From an uncultured Acidobacteriota bacterium (GTDB lineage: Bacteria; Acidobacteriota; Thermoanaerobaculia; Gp7-AA8): 64,000 bases of DNA. Of the stretch, positions 30,378 through 39,948 are shown piece after piece (positions within the stretch are counted from its first letter, which is position 1; the number at the start of each line of letters is the position of its first letter). Under the pieces are notes generated by a model. That model did not search any database. It was not told the DNA's origin and saw only the letters and a list, made by a program, of their open reading frames with translations. The stretch covers positions 576,001 through 640,000 of the forward strand of contig CAWGHO010000003.1 in assembly GCA_963822445.1 (NCBI GenBank), read 5' to 3'. Position numbers and translations under genes: made by a program.

Positions 30378-31803
30378 CGCGGCCGCTCGAGCCGGATGCG
30401 GATGAGATGCGCCGCCTCGTCGACGAGGCGATGCGGCACATCGTGGCGCACATCGAATCGCTGCCGCAGCAGCCGGCGATGAACGTCGAAGGCGCGACGG
30501 AGTACGCGCGGACGCTGATCGAATCGTTGCCGCGCGAAGGGCAGTCGTACGAATCAGCTGCTCGAGTTCCTGTTCAAGGAAGCGATTCCGCGGTCGTTCA
30601 CGTCGGCCGGTCCGGGGTACCTCGCGTACGTTCCGGGCGGCGGTCTCTTTCACTCCGCGGTCGCCGATCTGATCGCGAACGCGGTGAATCGCTACACCGG
30701 CGTGTGCGCCGCGGCGCCTGCGCTCGTGCAGCTCGAGGCGAACGTCATCCGCTGGTTCAACGAGATCGTCGGCTATCCGCGAGGGGCGGGCGGGGTGCTG
30801 CTCAGCGGCGCGTCGCTGGCGAATTTCACGGCCATCGTCGCCGCACGCAAGGCCATGCTGCCGGACGACTTTCTGCGCGGCACGCTCTACTGCTCGAACC
30901 AGATTCATCACTCCTTTCAGAAGGCAGCGAATCTCGCGGGGTTTCCGTACGCGAACATTCGCGAGCTGCCCGTCGACGCCGAGTTCCGCATCCGCGTCGA
31001 TGCGCTCGAGGAAGCGATCGCTCGTGATCGAGTCGAGGGTTGGACGCCGTTTCTGATCGCCGGCAGCGCGGGCACGACCGGCACCGGTGCGGTCGATGAT
31101 CTCGAAGCGCTGGCGCGCATCTCCCGCGAGCAGAAGATGTGGTTCCACGTCGACGGCGCGTACGGCGCGCTGTTCATGCTCACCGAACGCGGACGGGCAG
31201 CGCTGAAAGGGATCGAGCAATCGGACTCGCTGATTCTCGATCCGCACAAGACGCTCTTTCTGCCATTCGGCACGGGTGCCGTGCTGGTGCGTGACGCGAA
31301 CGCGCTCCGCCGCGCGCACTCGCTGCACGCGGACTACCTACCCGGCGATGCAGCAGGAGGACGAGCTCGTCGATTTCTGCGAGATCTCCCCGGAGCTCTC
31401 CCGCGATTACCGCGGCCTCCGCGTCTGGCTGCCGCTGAAGATGTTCGGCATCGAGCCGTTTCGCGAGCAGCTCGATGAGAAGCTCGATCTGATTCAGTTC
31501 GCCGTCGACGAGCTTCGAAAGATCGAAGGCATCGAGATCGTGGCCGAGCCGCAGCTGACGATTACCGCGTTCCGCTACCGGGATGATGAGCAAACCCGCG
31601 AGTTACTGGCCCGCATCAACGAACGCAAGCGAGTGATGCTCACGCCGACGACGCTGCCGGACGGGCGGTTCGTGATCCGTATCGCGATCGTTTCCCACCG
31701 CACGCATCGCGATCGCATCGAGATGCTGCTGGCTGACGTAAAGGGAACGACGGGAGGCCTCCGGCGGCCGGGCCACGGGCCCGGACCCGTTGGGTTGGCC
31801 TAG
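30362..31803 (+). CDS. Group II PLP-dependent (aromatic amino-acid-type) decarboxylase; apparent +1 frameshifts near 30554 and 31344
   Basis: AGTTGTGAVDDL, WFHVDGAYG, LDPHK (PLP lysine), ELSR..RGLRVWL; pieces spread over three ORFs. Confidence 0.88.
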
Positions 31804-31910
31804 CCTCCGCGACATTTATCTATCTTGGCGAACTGTGTCGCGGAGGCTAGGCCAACCCAACGGGTCCGGGGCCCGTGGCCCCGGCCGCCGGAGGCCTCCC
31901 GTCGTCCCTT
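31741..31910. repeat. Long near-perfect inverted repeat (about 75-bp arms, about 21-nt AT-richer loop)
   Basis: AAGGGAACGACGGGAGGCCTCCGG...GCCTCCGCGACA and TGTCGCGGAGGC...GGCCTCCCGTCGTCCCTT, between convergent genes. Confidence 0.9.
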
Positions 31911-33107
31911 CAAGCCAGGCCCGAAGGCAGACGCGGCGACGACAGCAACTCCGCGAACACATCCCACCGCTTCTGCGCGTCCCCGCCGCATTTGCGTTCG
32001 ACGTAATCGCGCACGAGGTCCTTGCCGAGGTTGTAGTTGATGACGTAGCTGCGGTACTGCTCGATGAACTTCACCCGCTGCCGCGCTCGGGCCGGGGCCA
32101 TCAGCGCGTAATTCGTCAGCCATTCCGCGGCCTGCTCCGCGTCGATGGCGCCATCGAGATAACGGCGCGCGGCCTCGTTGCCCGCGTATCCCGTCCGGGA
32201 AACGAGCTCGTAGACGCGGTAGTAATGCTCGGCGCGCGACGGATCGAGTCCGGCGATCGGAAAGAGCGTCCGCGCCTCCATCTCCACGCGCTCGTTCGCC
32301 GGGAACGCGACCTCGATCCCGTAATTCGCACTTCCCTCGGCGATTAGCGACTGCGCGGAAAACAGCGCGTACACCGAGAACTCCACCCAGCCGCGATCGC
32401 GGACCAGTGATTTTCTCGAGGAGCGAGTTGTAGACGTGATGGCCGGGATAGCCCTCGTGGCAGGCCAGGTCGATCGCGCGGTCGATGAAGATCGGCAAAT
32501 CGGTGTTCACCTGAATCAGGCTGTTGAAATTGCCCTGATACCAGTTGTAGCCGCTCCAGGACTTGTTGTTCACGTACTCGACGGTGAACCTCTCGCCCGG
32601 CGGGAGCGCCATCTGCTGCATCGTCTTCTCGCGGCAGACGTCGATGGCCGCGCTGAACACGGCGTCGAGCTTCTCGCGCGGAATGGCGAACTGCATGCGG
32701 AACGCTTCCACGCGATCGATCAGCGCGCCGTCGCCCGGCAGCTCCCGCGCAATCTGCTCGTTCAACTCGCGGAAGTAATCCTCGGAAAGCGTCGGCGCGA
32801 CCGCGTCGTACAAGCGCCTGCGATTCTTCGTCGAACGTGAAGCGGCGGCCCTGCAGCATTTCCGCTCGGGCGATCAGCGCGTCGGTCTGGCGGCGGAGAT
32901 AGTCGAGCCGCAGCGACGGCATCGGCGATGCGATCGAGCTCGCGAGCGGAGCTCGACCGCATCAGCGTGAATCTGCGGGAGTGTGGGCTTCGCGGCGCGA
33001 ACCTCCTCGCGCCATTGCGGCGGGCCGTAGTAGGAGTCGACGTAATCGGCGTCGTGCTCGCCCATGGCCAGCACGAGTTTCACGTAGCGTTCAGCGGCGG
33101 CGTTCAT
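31910..33107 (-). CDS. Zincin-like (DUF885-related) protein with several apparent frameshifts
   Basis: Fragments MNAAAERYVKLVLAMGEHD.., WSGYNWYQG, ACHEGYPGHH, SLIAEGSANYG and YRSYVINYN in successive frames. Confidence 0.75.
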
Positions 33108-33121
33108 CGCGCCGCATCGTA

Positions 33122-34555
33122 TTACTTCGTGACTTTGATCGTCTTGCCCTCGATGGTGATCTTCGTGCCGGTCATCTCCGCGACCTTCATCAGGGCTTCA
33201 TCCCAGGGCATCTGCGTGACATGGATCGAGACCTTTGCGTCGATGCCAGGTGCGACCTCGATCTCGAGGCCGGTGATCTCGCCGAAGGTCTGCATCAGTT
33301 CGCGGAAATCGGCTTCCTTGAGGTTCAGATCGATCTTGTCGCCGGAGAAGGGGATGTTCTGCGGCTCACGCTTGTAAACGTCCTTCTGCACGACCTGCCC
33401 GTTGCGGGTGACGGTGAGAATCGCCTCCACGGGAGCGTTCTCCTTCTTTCGGATCTGAATCTCGACAACGTCGCCGTTCTCTTCGACGTTGCTGATCGTG
33501 GCCCACATGCCGTTCATGACGGTGAGGCGCGAGTGACGCGTCTTCCGCGTGGCGAGCTCGATGACGTCAATCTCGAACCGCACCTGATTGGAAAACGGCT
33601 GATACGTGTATTCGAGCTTGTACAGCTCCTCATTCTTCGGCGGCGTGGCCGCGATAGCCGTTGCGGAGATGATGACGATCGCCGCCATGGCCACCACGGC
33701 GCGGTGCGACCAGGCCCGCTTCCTCAGTGATTCGTAGCGCATGAGATGCTCCATCCTTTCCTTCACGTTTGCTCCGGCCATGCACGACACGCCTGCGGTG
33801 CGCGGCGCGATCAGGGCCCGGCAGACTTTGGTCAATGCCTCGAGGTAGGACTCCACGTGCCCCATCGACTCGGAGACGCGCTCGTCGCAGGCCTGTTCGC
33901 GGGCACCGTCAATCTGGCGGAGGGCCAGCCAGACCAGCGGATGAAACCAGAGCAGTGCCGCGGCGAGCGCCATGAAGCTCGCGGTAAGGTTGTCGCGTCG
34001 CACGACGTGCGCGACTTCGTGCAGCAGCAGCGCGCGCAGCTCGTCGTCGGTCAGATCGTCGCAGCCACGCGCGGGAAGGAGCACGACGGGGCGCACGATG
34101 CGCAGGACCGCCGGCGCTTCGCAGATTGGCGAGCGGAGGATGTCGATCGCGCTGGTCACGCCGAGGCGCCGCTTTGCGTCGCCGAGGGCGTCGAGCTCGC
34201 GTTGCGAGGGTGGGGCGGGGGAGCGCAGCGCGGCCGCGACAGTTCGTGAACGAAGGAGCAGCCAGCGCGCGAAGACGATCGTGGCGATAGCCGCCCAGCC
34301 GATCAGCAACCAGTTCGTTGCCGGCGCCGCGGGAGGAGGGGCAACGTTCGCGGTGCCGTCGAAAACGCGCAGCGGCATCGGCGCCATCCGGATCACCTTC
34401 AGCCCGAACGTGTCGAGAAGCGCCGTCGGAATCGCGAACTTGGCCACGCAGCAGACCAGGACCGCGTGCCGCGTGCGTGCGGTGATCGGCAGAAGCCAGG
34501 CGGCGAGCATTCCCAGGCCGAGGATGGCTGTCGAGACGATGAGGTGCTCGATCAT
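33122..34555 (-). CDS. BlaR1/MecR1-type M56 peptidase with a C-terminal STN-like (secretin N-terminal) domain
   Basis: HEVAHVVRRD, WFHPLVW, REQACDE; C-terminal FSGDKIDLNLKEADFR...VSIHVTQMPWDEAL. Confidence 0.9.
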   Translation of the reverse strand: MIEHLIVSTAILGLGMLAAWLLPITARTRHAVLVCCVAKFAIPTALLDTFGLKVIRMAPMPLRVFDGTANVAPPPAAPATNWLLIGWAAIATIVFARWLLLRSRTVAAALRSPAPPSQRELDALGDAKRRLGVTSAIDILRSPICEAPAVLRIVRPVVLLPARGCDDLTDDELRALLLHEVAHVVRRDNLTASFMALAAALLWFHPLVWLALRQIDGAREQACDERVSESMGHVESYLEALTKVCRALIAPRTAGVSCMAGANVKERMEHLMRYESLRKRAWSHRAVVAMAAIVIISATAIAATPPKNEELYKLEYTYQPFSNQVRFEIDVIELATRKTRHSRLTVMNGMWATISNVEENGDVVEIQIRKKENAPVEAILTVTRNGQVVQKDVYKREPQNIPFSGDKIDLNLKEADFRELMQTFGEITGLEIEVAPGIDAKVSIHVTQMPWDEALMKVAEMTGTKITIEGKTIKVTK

Positions 34556-34929
34556 TTGCGTGCTCCTTTTTTCTTGCGGGCGCGCTCGTTCTCCTCGAGC
34601 GCCTTCAGATCCTCGAGCGTGAGCTTGCCGCTCTCCAGAAGGTGAGCGACGACGGGCTGCGCGGTACCGCCGAACAACGCCAGGAAATCCTCCACCACCC
34701 GGCGGTACGCGGACTTTTTGGTGACCGCCGGCGCGAACATGAGCGCGTTGCCGATCTTCCGCGTCCGCTTCACGGCCCCCTTCTGCTCGAGCCGCTGCAC
34801 GATGGTCTGGACGGTGGTGTAGGCCGGACGTTTTTTCTCGGAGAGCGCCTCGCGAAGCTCGCGGACCGAAGCTTCTTCGAGGCGCCAGAGGACGTCCATG
34901 ATCTCCAGTTCGAAGCGTGTCAGATTCAT
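34552..34929 (-). CDS. BlaI/MecI/CopY family repressor
   Basis: LTRFELEIMDVLW, AYTTVQTIVQRLEQKG, LFGG; ATGA overlap with the M56 gene. Confidence 0.93.
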   Translation of the reverse strand: MNLTRFELEIMDVLWRLEEASVRELREALSEKKRPAYTTVQTIVQRLEQKGAVKRTRKIGNALMFAPAVTKKSAYRRVVEDFLALFGGTAQPVVAHLLESGKLTLEDLKALEENERARKKKGARK

Positions 34930-34945
34930 ACTATGTGTGTGGTTG

Positions 34946-34974
34946 ATGCTACGACACGCGTAGTAGGTTGTCAA
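34946..34974 (-). promoter_or_regulatory. Sigma-70 promoter of blaI-blaR1 with a palindromic operator in the spacer
   Basis: TTGACA-N17-TAGCAT on the minus strand; imperfect palindrome CTACGACACGCGTAGTAG at 34949-34966. Confidence 0.75.
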
Positions 34975-35056
34975 GGGGGTGTGGCGGGGTTCCGGGGTTA
35001 CGGGGTTCAACCAGAGAGACCCCGAAACCACGTAACCCCGTAACCCCGGAACCGAA
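34975..35056. repeat. Inverted array of octamer repeats (GGGGTTAC-like / GTAACCCC-like)
   Basis: Read directly between the divergent blaI and dinB genes. Confidence 0.8.
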
Positions 35057-35087
35057 CGCGCCTCCCCAGAGCCGTGTTCTACCTGCC

Positions 35088-35561
35088 ATGAGCGATGTCC
35101 TGAAAGTCCTCCTTGCAGCGATGGATGAGGCCTACGAGAAGAACGGCTGGCACGGCACGACGCTGCGCAACGCCGTCCGCGGTCTGGATGACGAGGTCGT
35201 GTACTGGCGTCCCGCGCCGGGCCGGCACAACGTCTGGGAGCTGACCGTGCACGCCGCCTACTGGAAATATGTAGCCCGCCGCCGCCTCCTCGGCGGCATC
35301 AAGCGAGGCTCCTTTCCGCTGAAGGGCAGCAACTGGATCGGCTCGCCGGACGACGCGGATCTGCCGACGTGGCAGGAGGCGGTGGCGCTGCTCGAGGAGC
35401 AGCATCGCGCCTTGCGCGAAGTCGTGGCGTCACTCGATGCGAAGGCGCTCGCCGATCGCAAGAAAGTGCGGCTCGTTTACGGAGTCACCGCGCACGACCT
35501 CTATCACACGGGCCAGATTCAGCTGGTGAAGAAGCTGTTCGATGGTCAAAGCGGTTCGTAG
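35088..35561 (+). CDS. DinB family protein
   Basis: GWHG, WELTVHAAYW, HDLYHTGQI metal-binding His pattern. Confidence 0.9.
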   Translation: MSDVLKVLLAAMDEAYEKNGWHGTTLRNAVRGLDDEVVYWRPAPGRHNVWELTVHAAYWKYVARRRLLGGIKRGSFPLKGSNWIGSPDDADLPTWQEAVALLEEQHRALREVVASLDAKALADRKKVRLVYGVTAHDLYHTGQIQLVKKLFDGQSGS

Positions 35562-36355
35562 CCGAGCCGCGCGAGCAATTCCCAATCGATGGAGTCGGTG
35601 ATGATCTGCCGATGCCTTTCGGGCAGCCGCGCCAGATACCGGCGCTCGGTGTAATAGCTGACGTCGAACGTCCTCAGCTCCACGTCGACCGGCGAGTAGT
35701 CCCAGTGCGCGGGCATCACACACCCGCGCGGCACGACCTGCACGTCCGTGGGCGGCAAGGCGAAGCGAGACTCGAGCTCGCGCAGGATGCGCAGCGGATT
35801 CACGACCAGGTCCTCGTGGCGCACGACCGCCCGCGGCGTCAACGCCAGCCAGGCCGCGTAGCGCTCATTGAACGAGTGACACGCGTCCGCGATGTCGTCG
35901 ATGCAGTGCGGGAGCAGCGTTCCGTCGCGATCGGACCAGCGGCGGTGAATGCGGGTCATGCTGACGATCCAGGCATACGGGTCCTTGATCGAGATCAGGA
36001 ATCCCAGCGATCCCCACGCATACGCATCCGCCACGGTGCGGGCGATGTGTCCGATGTACGGCAACTGCCGGTCATCGAGCTGCGTGGTCGTCGCCGAAGG
36101 CGCGGCGAAGGTTGCCTCTTTCACGAACTCGATCGCCGACTGGGACCGGTTCCAGATCAAGGCCAGGTCGAGTGGAAGGGAATGCTTGTCGCCGAGGATG
36201 TGCATCAGCACGCGGGTGGCGGGATGGTTCGTCATCAGCAGCGCGCGCAGCAGGTTCGTCCCGGTGCGCATCTGCCCGTACTGCTTGAAGACGACCGGCG
36301 GAGAGAACGGCGGGACCGCGGTGCTGTCCGCGGTCCCTTCCACGAGCTCCGTCAT
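35546..36355 (-). CDS. Sulfotransferase-like (P-loop) protein
   Basis: GQMRTGTN (5'-PSB-like), GDKH, IKDPYAWIVS (3'-PB-like), VRHEDL; ATGA coupling with the upstream gene. Confidence 0.72.
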   Translation of the reverse strand: MTELVEGTADSTAVPPFSPPVVFKQYGQMRTGTNLLRALLMTNHPATRVLMHILGDKHSLPLDLALIWNRSQSAIEFVKEATFAAPSATTTQLDDRQLPYIGHIARTVADAYAWGSLGFLISIKDPYAWIVSMTRIHRRWSDRDGTLLPHCIDDIADACHSFNERYAAWLALTPRAVVRHEDLVVNPLRILRELESRFALPPTDVQVVPRGCVMPAHWDYSPVDVELRTFDVSYYTERRYLARLPERHRQIITDSIDWELLARLGYEPL

Positions 36356-37899
36356 TGTTTCTTCTTCACGGGTCCGGTCAGCGTCGTCGTCGGCGGACTC
36401 TGTGCGCGCGAGAAGAGAAACGAGTAATCCGACGCGTACGTCCCGGTCGACCCCGTGGCGGCGGTGCGCCGGACGCGGATCGCATTCGATGTGCCGACCG
36501 TCGCGATCGGCGCGCCGGAATGGCAATCGAGACAGGTCGCGGTCGACTGGAAGTACGTCTCCAGGGTCGTGTTCGCGACTTTTTCCTGCGACGGCGACGG
36601 CTGGGGATCGCCCTGGGTCAGCGGCGTTTGCGCGCCCGGAGGAATCATGGTGTTGTTGTTCGGCCAGAGCACGTTGACGAGCTGGTAGTTGAGGTAGACC
36701 GAATTCGGGTTCGACTTCGCGATCTGCCCCCAGACGTAGTAGTTCAGACCGGCGATGTTGTTGACCGCCGCGTTCGTGTCGATCGGGTTCTCGCGCACCA
36801 CCTGCACCGGTGCGTTGTACGGATCGCAAGTTCCCGAGCCGGTGCAGGGGGTTGGCTGGGCGTTCGCCACGCACTTGTAATGATCGGTGCTCGGGTTGCA
36901 GCCGGCGTTGTAGTACGTGTACCAGTCGAGAAGCGTGTTGTTGGCGATGTCGGCGGTGCTCGGCGCGTTGTTCACGTGCTCGAAGGTCGCCCAGATGAAC
37001 TGCTGGCCGTTCGGCGTCTTGTGGATGATGTGCAGGCCGACCAGTCCGACCGTGACGTACTGCGGCGAGTTCGGCGCCCACGGATACGTGACGTAAGCCT
37101 TCGAGGTCTTGTAGTACGGCCAGAGGGTCGAGTCATCGAGCTCGATCCAGGCCGCCTTGACCTCGATCGCTCCGACCGAACCGTACGACGTTTTGCCGCT
37201 CGGCAGACTGATGCCCGGGTTCTGCACGAAGGTCTGCTGGGTTTTGGCGTTGTACAGGCCGTTGATGTTGATGTAGTTGTATTCGTCCTGATTCAGCCGG
37301 ATCTCGTACATCGTGATGAAGCCGTTCTGCGCGGTCAGCCACGAATCGGTGAAAGCCTCGGTGAACTCGGAAAGATCGAGCTGCGCCGCGCCGCTGTCGA
37401 ACTTCGTCATCATCCCCAGCGACTTGGTGCGTGTGCTCTTCGTCTGCCCGGTGCCCTGACCCCACGCAATCGGTTTCAACGCATTCGCGCGAAAGACGTC
37501 GGATGGATCCATGTACGTCTCCCAGACCTTCGGCGTGGTGTCGTTCGGAGTGCCGAACTGCGACGCTGGGGTCGACGTATTCGGCTGCCCCGCGGTCGTG
37601 GTCGAGGCGGTCCAGTTCAGGGCGATGAACTCCTGCCAGGCGAAGCAGTTCATGTCCGCCTGATCGTTGCTCGCCGCGTCGAAAGGCAGTGTGTAGTTGA
37701 CCTTCGGAGGACTGAGACAACTGCTCGTGTCCGCGGGGACGACCGGCGGCGGATTCTGCGCCGGCGCCGCGAAGACCGTGCCGGTGCTCTTCTTCGTGGC
37801 CTTTTTCGCGGCGGGCTTGTCTCCGCCCGCCGGCCCTGCCGCGATCACGAATGCCGCGGCGATCATCAACAGCGGCGCGAGGAACGCCCGCGGTCTCAT
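36352..37899 (-). CDS. Secreted uncharacterised c-type cytochrome (single C-terminal CxxCH)
   Basis: Signal peptide; WQEFIALNW, YEIRLN, IEVKAAW, GLHIIHK, WATFEH, ANTTLETY, CLDCH, DYSFL. Confidence 0.75.
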   Translation of the reverse strand: MRPRAFLAPLLMIAAAFVIAAGPAGGDKPAAKKATKKSTGTVFAAPAQNPPPVVPADTSSCLSPPKVNYTLPFDAASNDQADMNCFAWQEFIALNWTASTTTAGQPNTSTPASQFGTPNDTTPKVWETYMDPSDVFRANALKPIAWGQGTGQTKSTRTKSLGMMTKFDSGAAQLDLSEFTEAFTDSWLTAQNGFITMYEIRLNQDEYNYININGLYNAKTQQTFVQNPGISLPSGKTSYGSVGAIEVKAAWIELDDSTLWPYYKTSKAYVTYPWAPNSPQYVTVGLVGLHIIHKTPNGQQFIWATFEHVNNAPSTADIANNTLLDWYTYYNAGCNPSTDHYKCVANAQPTPCTGSGTCDPYNAPVQVVRENPIDTNAAVNNIAGLNYYVWGQIAKSNPNSVYLNYQLVNVLWPNNNTMIPPGAQTPLTQGDPQPSPSQEKVANTTLETYFQSTATCLDCHSGAPIATVGTSNAIRVRRTAATGSTGTYASDYSFLFSRAQSPPTTTLTGPVKKKQ

Positions 37900-39791
37900 T
37901 CGGAAGCTCCGGTGAGTCCGGTGATTCCGCTGGCGCCGACGATATTGAGGAAGGCCGGTGCGGGCTGAATGGCTGAGGGGTTGTCACCGCGCTGCACGAT
38001 GATCACGCTCTGCAGTCCGGTCGGAGCGGTCGCTCCGACGTTCACGAAGAGATTCAGCAGTGTCGACGCGCTCGGGTACGAATTGCCGGGGACGGCGTAG
38101 AAGATGCCGGTCATGCCCAGGACGGTGGCGTTGACGCCGTTGGCCTGGAAGTAGACGTCGGGAAGACCGGTCGCGCCTTCGTTGCCGAGGGCCGCGGTCA
38201 GGGCCATGTGGCCGGACGCGCCCTGGGCGATGATCGGCGGAATGATGCTGGAGTTACTGGCCAGGTTCATCGTGAAGCCGGCCGGATTCGGTACGTTCGT
38301 GTCGTAGTACGCGTTCCACAGATCCTGATAGACGATCTGCAGCGGCTGCGAGACCGGTCCGGTTGCGCCGGTGACGCACGGATAAACCGGTGCGGTCGCG
38401 CCGGTGACGCCGGACGGCCCGTAGAACGTCGCGCCCTGATATCCGGGAGGGAACGCCCGCGCGAACAGACCGATGTTGAACTGCTCGGCGATCTGCGAGG
38501 CCCACTGAATCGGATAGAAGTTGCCGTCCGGTCCCTGCACCTGGATGTCGCCGACGGTGAACGAGACACCGGCCGCGATCCACGCCGCGGGAATCTGAAA
38601 TGCGACATGGAGAATGAAGTTGCCGGGATAGGGTTTCCCGGTCATCTCGTCGATGAGCGTTTCCTTGCCGCGGATGATCTGCCAGCAATCTTTCGCGGAC
38701 GCGCCGGCCGGCAGGTTCGGGTCTTTCGGCAAGCGGAAGTTCGCCTGGAACACCGAGTCGGTCGGCTGCTGGATGTAGAGGCCGGGAGGATCGGCGAGCG
38801 AGACCACGAGGTTGCCGGTCGCGAGTCCGACCACCTGGTTGACCGACTGCCCGATGTGCGGATCGCTGTGGCGGAAGTTCTGGCCGTACTGGCTGCAGCA
38901 GATGAGCGCCTGCGGATCGGAGTTCCCCATCTGCCGCTGCACCGTTGCCGCGCCGGCCAGACCGAGCTCGGTCTGCAACGTGTTCGGCGTGCTGGTCAGA
39001 TGCATGGCGCCGCCGGTGTCGCTCCCCGCGCCGGCCCACACGCGTTCCGACACCGGTCCGCTGTTCCAGCGGTTCAGCGGGTTGTACGCCGGTTTGCCTG
39101 TCGATGGATCGATGACCGGCTTACCGGTGGTGGGGTCGTAAAGCGTCAGATCGTCGACCGTCACGAGGATCGCCGGCGCGCTCGGCGGCAGTCCGGCGTT
39201 CAGCGTGTCGGTGTAGACCTGCGCCGCGGTTTCCGGATTGACGCGCCACAGCGTCTGCCAGTACTCGGGGTTCTCGCAGCAGAAGTCGACGCGGACGATC
39301 TTGTTGTCGCTCGACCGGCGCGTGACCGACCACTCGCAGTACTCGTCCAGCCAGCCGCGGGGACCGTATGGACCATAAGGCTGCAACGTTCCCTTCCAGT
39401 TCGGCTCGGGACAGCGCGTGGCCGGGATCTGCGGAAACGTTCCGTTGTTGTACGCCCCGGTGTCGGCCATCTGCCAGAGGGTCTGGAAGCCGAAGTTGTA
39501 CGGGTTCGGCGGCTGCTGCCCGGGGCCGTAGTAGACGTTGAGGCGGTTTGGGAACGCGTTCCAGGTGACCGCCTTGACGATGGCGTCGGTGGGCATGTTC
39601 GTGTCGAGCGGGTTGTAGTACCAGAGCTGGTTGGACTCGAACTGCATGTTCCATGGATCGCCGGTGATGCACTGCCGCGTGAACGCGTCGACGTTCGTGC
39701 TCCACAGGCTCTGCATCAGCTGCCAGAGCGTTGGATTGTTGGGGAAGTCGTTCTGCCGCGCCGGGGTCGAAAACTGCTTCAACATGGGCAT
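37896..39791 (-). CDS. Conserved-looking hypothetical protein with a DEYCEW motif and G-x-T-G motifs
   Basis: 631 aa; GGAGG RBS; DEYCEWSV, FCCENPEYW, MHLTSTPNTL, ICCSQYG, RHSDPHIG; coupled to the cytochrome gene. Confidence 0.8.
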   Translation of the reverse strand: MPMLKQFSTPARQNDFPNNPTLWQLMQSLWSTNVDAFTRQCITGDPWNMQFESNQLWYYNPLDTNMPTDAIVKAVTWNAFPNRLNVYYGPGQQPPNPYNFGFQTLWQMADTGAYNNGTFPQIPATRCPEPNWKGTLQPYGPYGPRGWLDEYCEWSVTRRSSDNKIVRVDFCCENPEYWQTLWRVNPETAAQVYTDTLNAGLPPSAPAILVTVDDLTLYDPTTGKPVIDPSTGKPAYNPLNRWNSGPVSERVWAGAGSDTGGAMHLTSTPNTLQTELGLAGAATVQRQMGNSDPQALICCSQYGQNFRHSDPHIGQSVNQVVGLATGNLVVSLADPPGLYIQQPTDSVFQANFRLPKDPNLPAGASAKDCWQIIRGKETLIDEMTGKPYPGNFILHVAFQIPAAWIAAGVSFTVGDIQVQGPDGNFYPIQWASQIAEQFNIGLFARAFPPGYQGATFYGPSGVTGATAPVYPCVTGATGPVSQPLQIVYQDLWNAYYDTNVPNPAGFTMNLASNSSIIPPIIAQGASGHMALTAALGNEGATGLPDVYFQANGVNATVLGMTGIFYAVPGNSYPSASTLLNLFVNVGATAPTGLQSVIIVQRGDNPSAIQPAPAFLNIVGASGITGLTGASE

Positions 39792-39825
39792 GAAGTGTCC
39801 TCCTGCTCTCAATCTCAGGAGTGTT

Positions 39826-39846
39826 GCGGTGAGAAATATCCCTACC
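39826..39846 (-). promoter_or_regulatory. Shared upstream motif GGTAGGGATATTTCTCACCGC, 55 nt before the start codon
   Basis: Similar to the boxes upstream of lodA and the GT4 gene. Confidence 0.5.
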
Positions 39847-39948
39847 TATCCGTCATGAAATAGAGACGTAGGTACTACCTGACCGCCAGAAAAGGTCGAG
39901 CACCGAGGGCTGGAGCGTGGCGTCGTATTCGGTGTGGCCGGGTCATGA

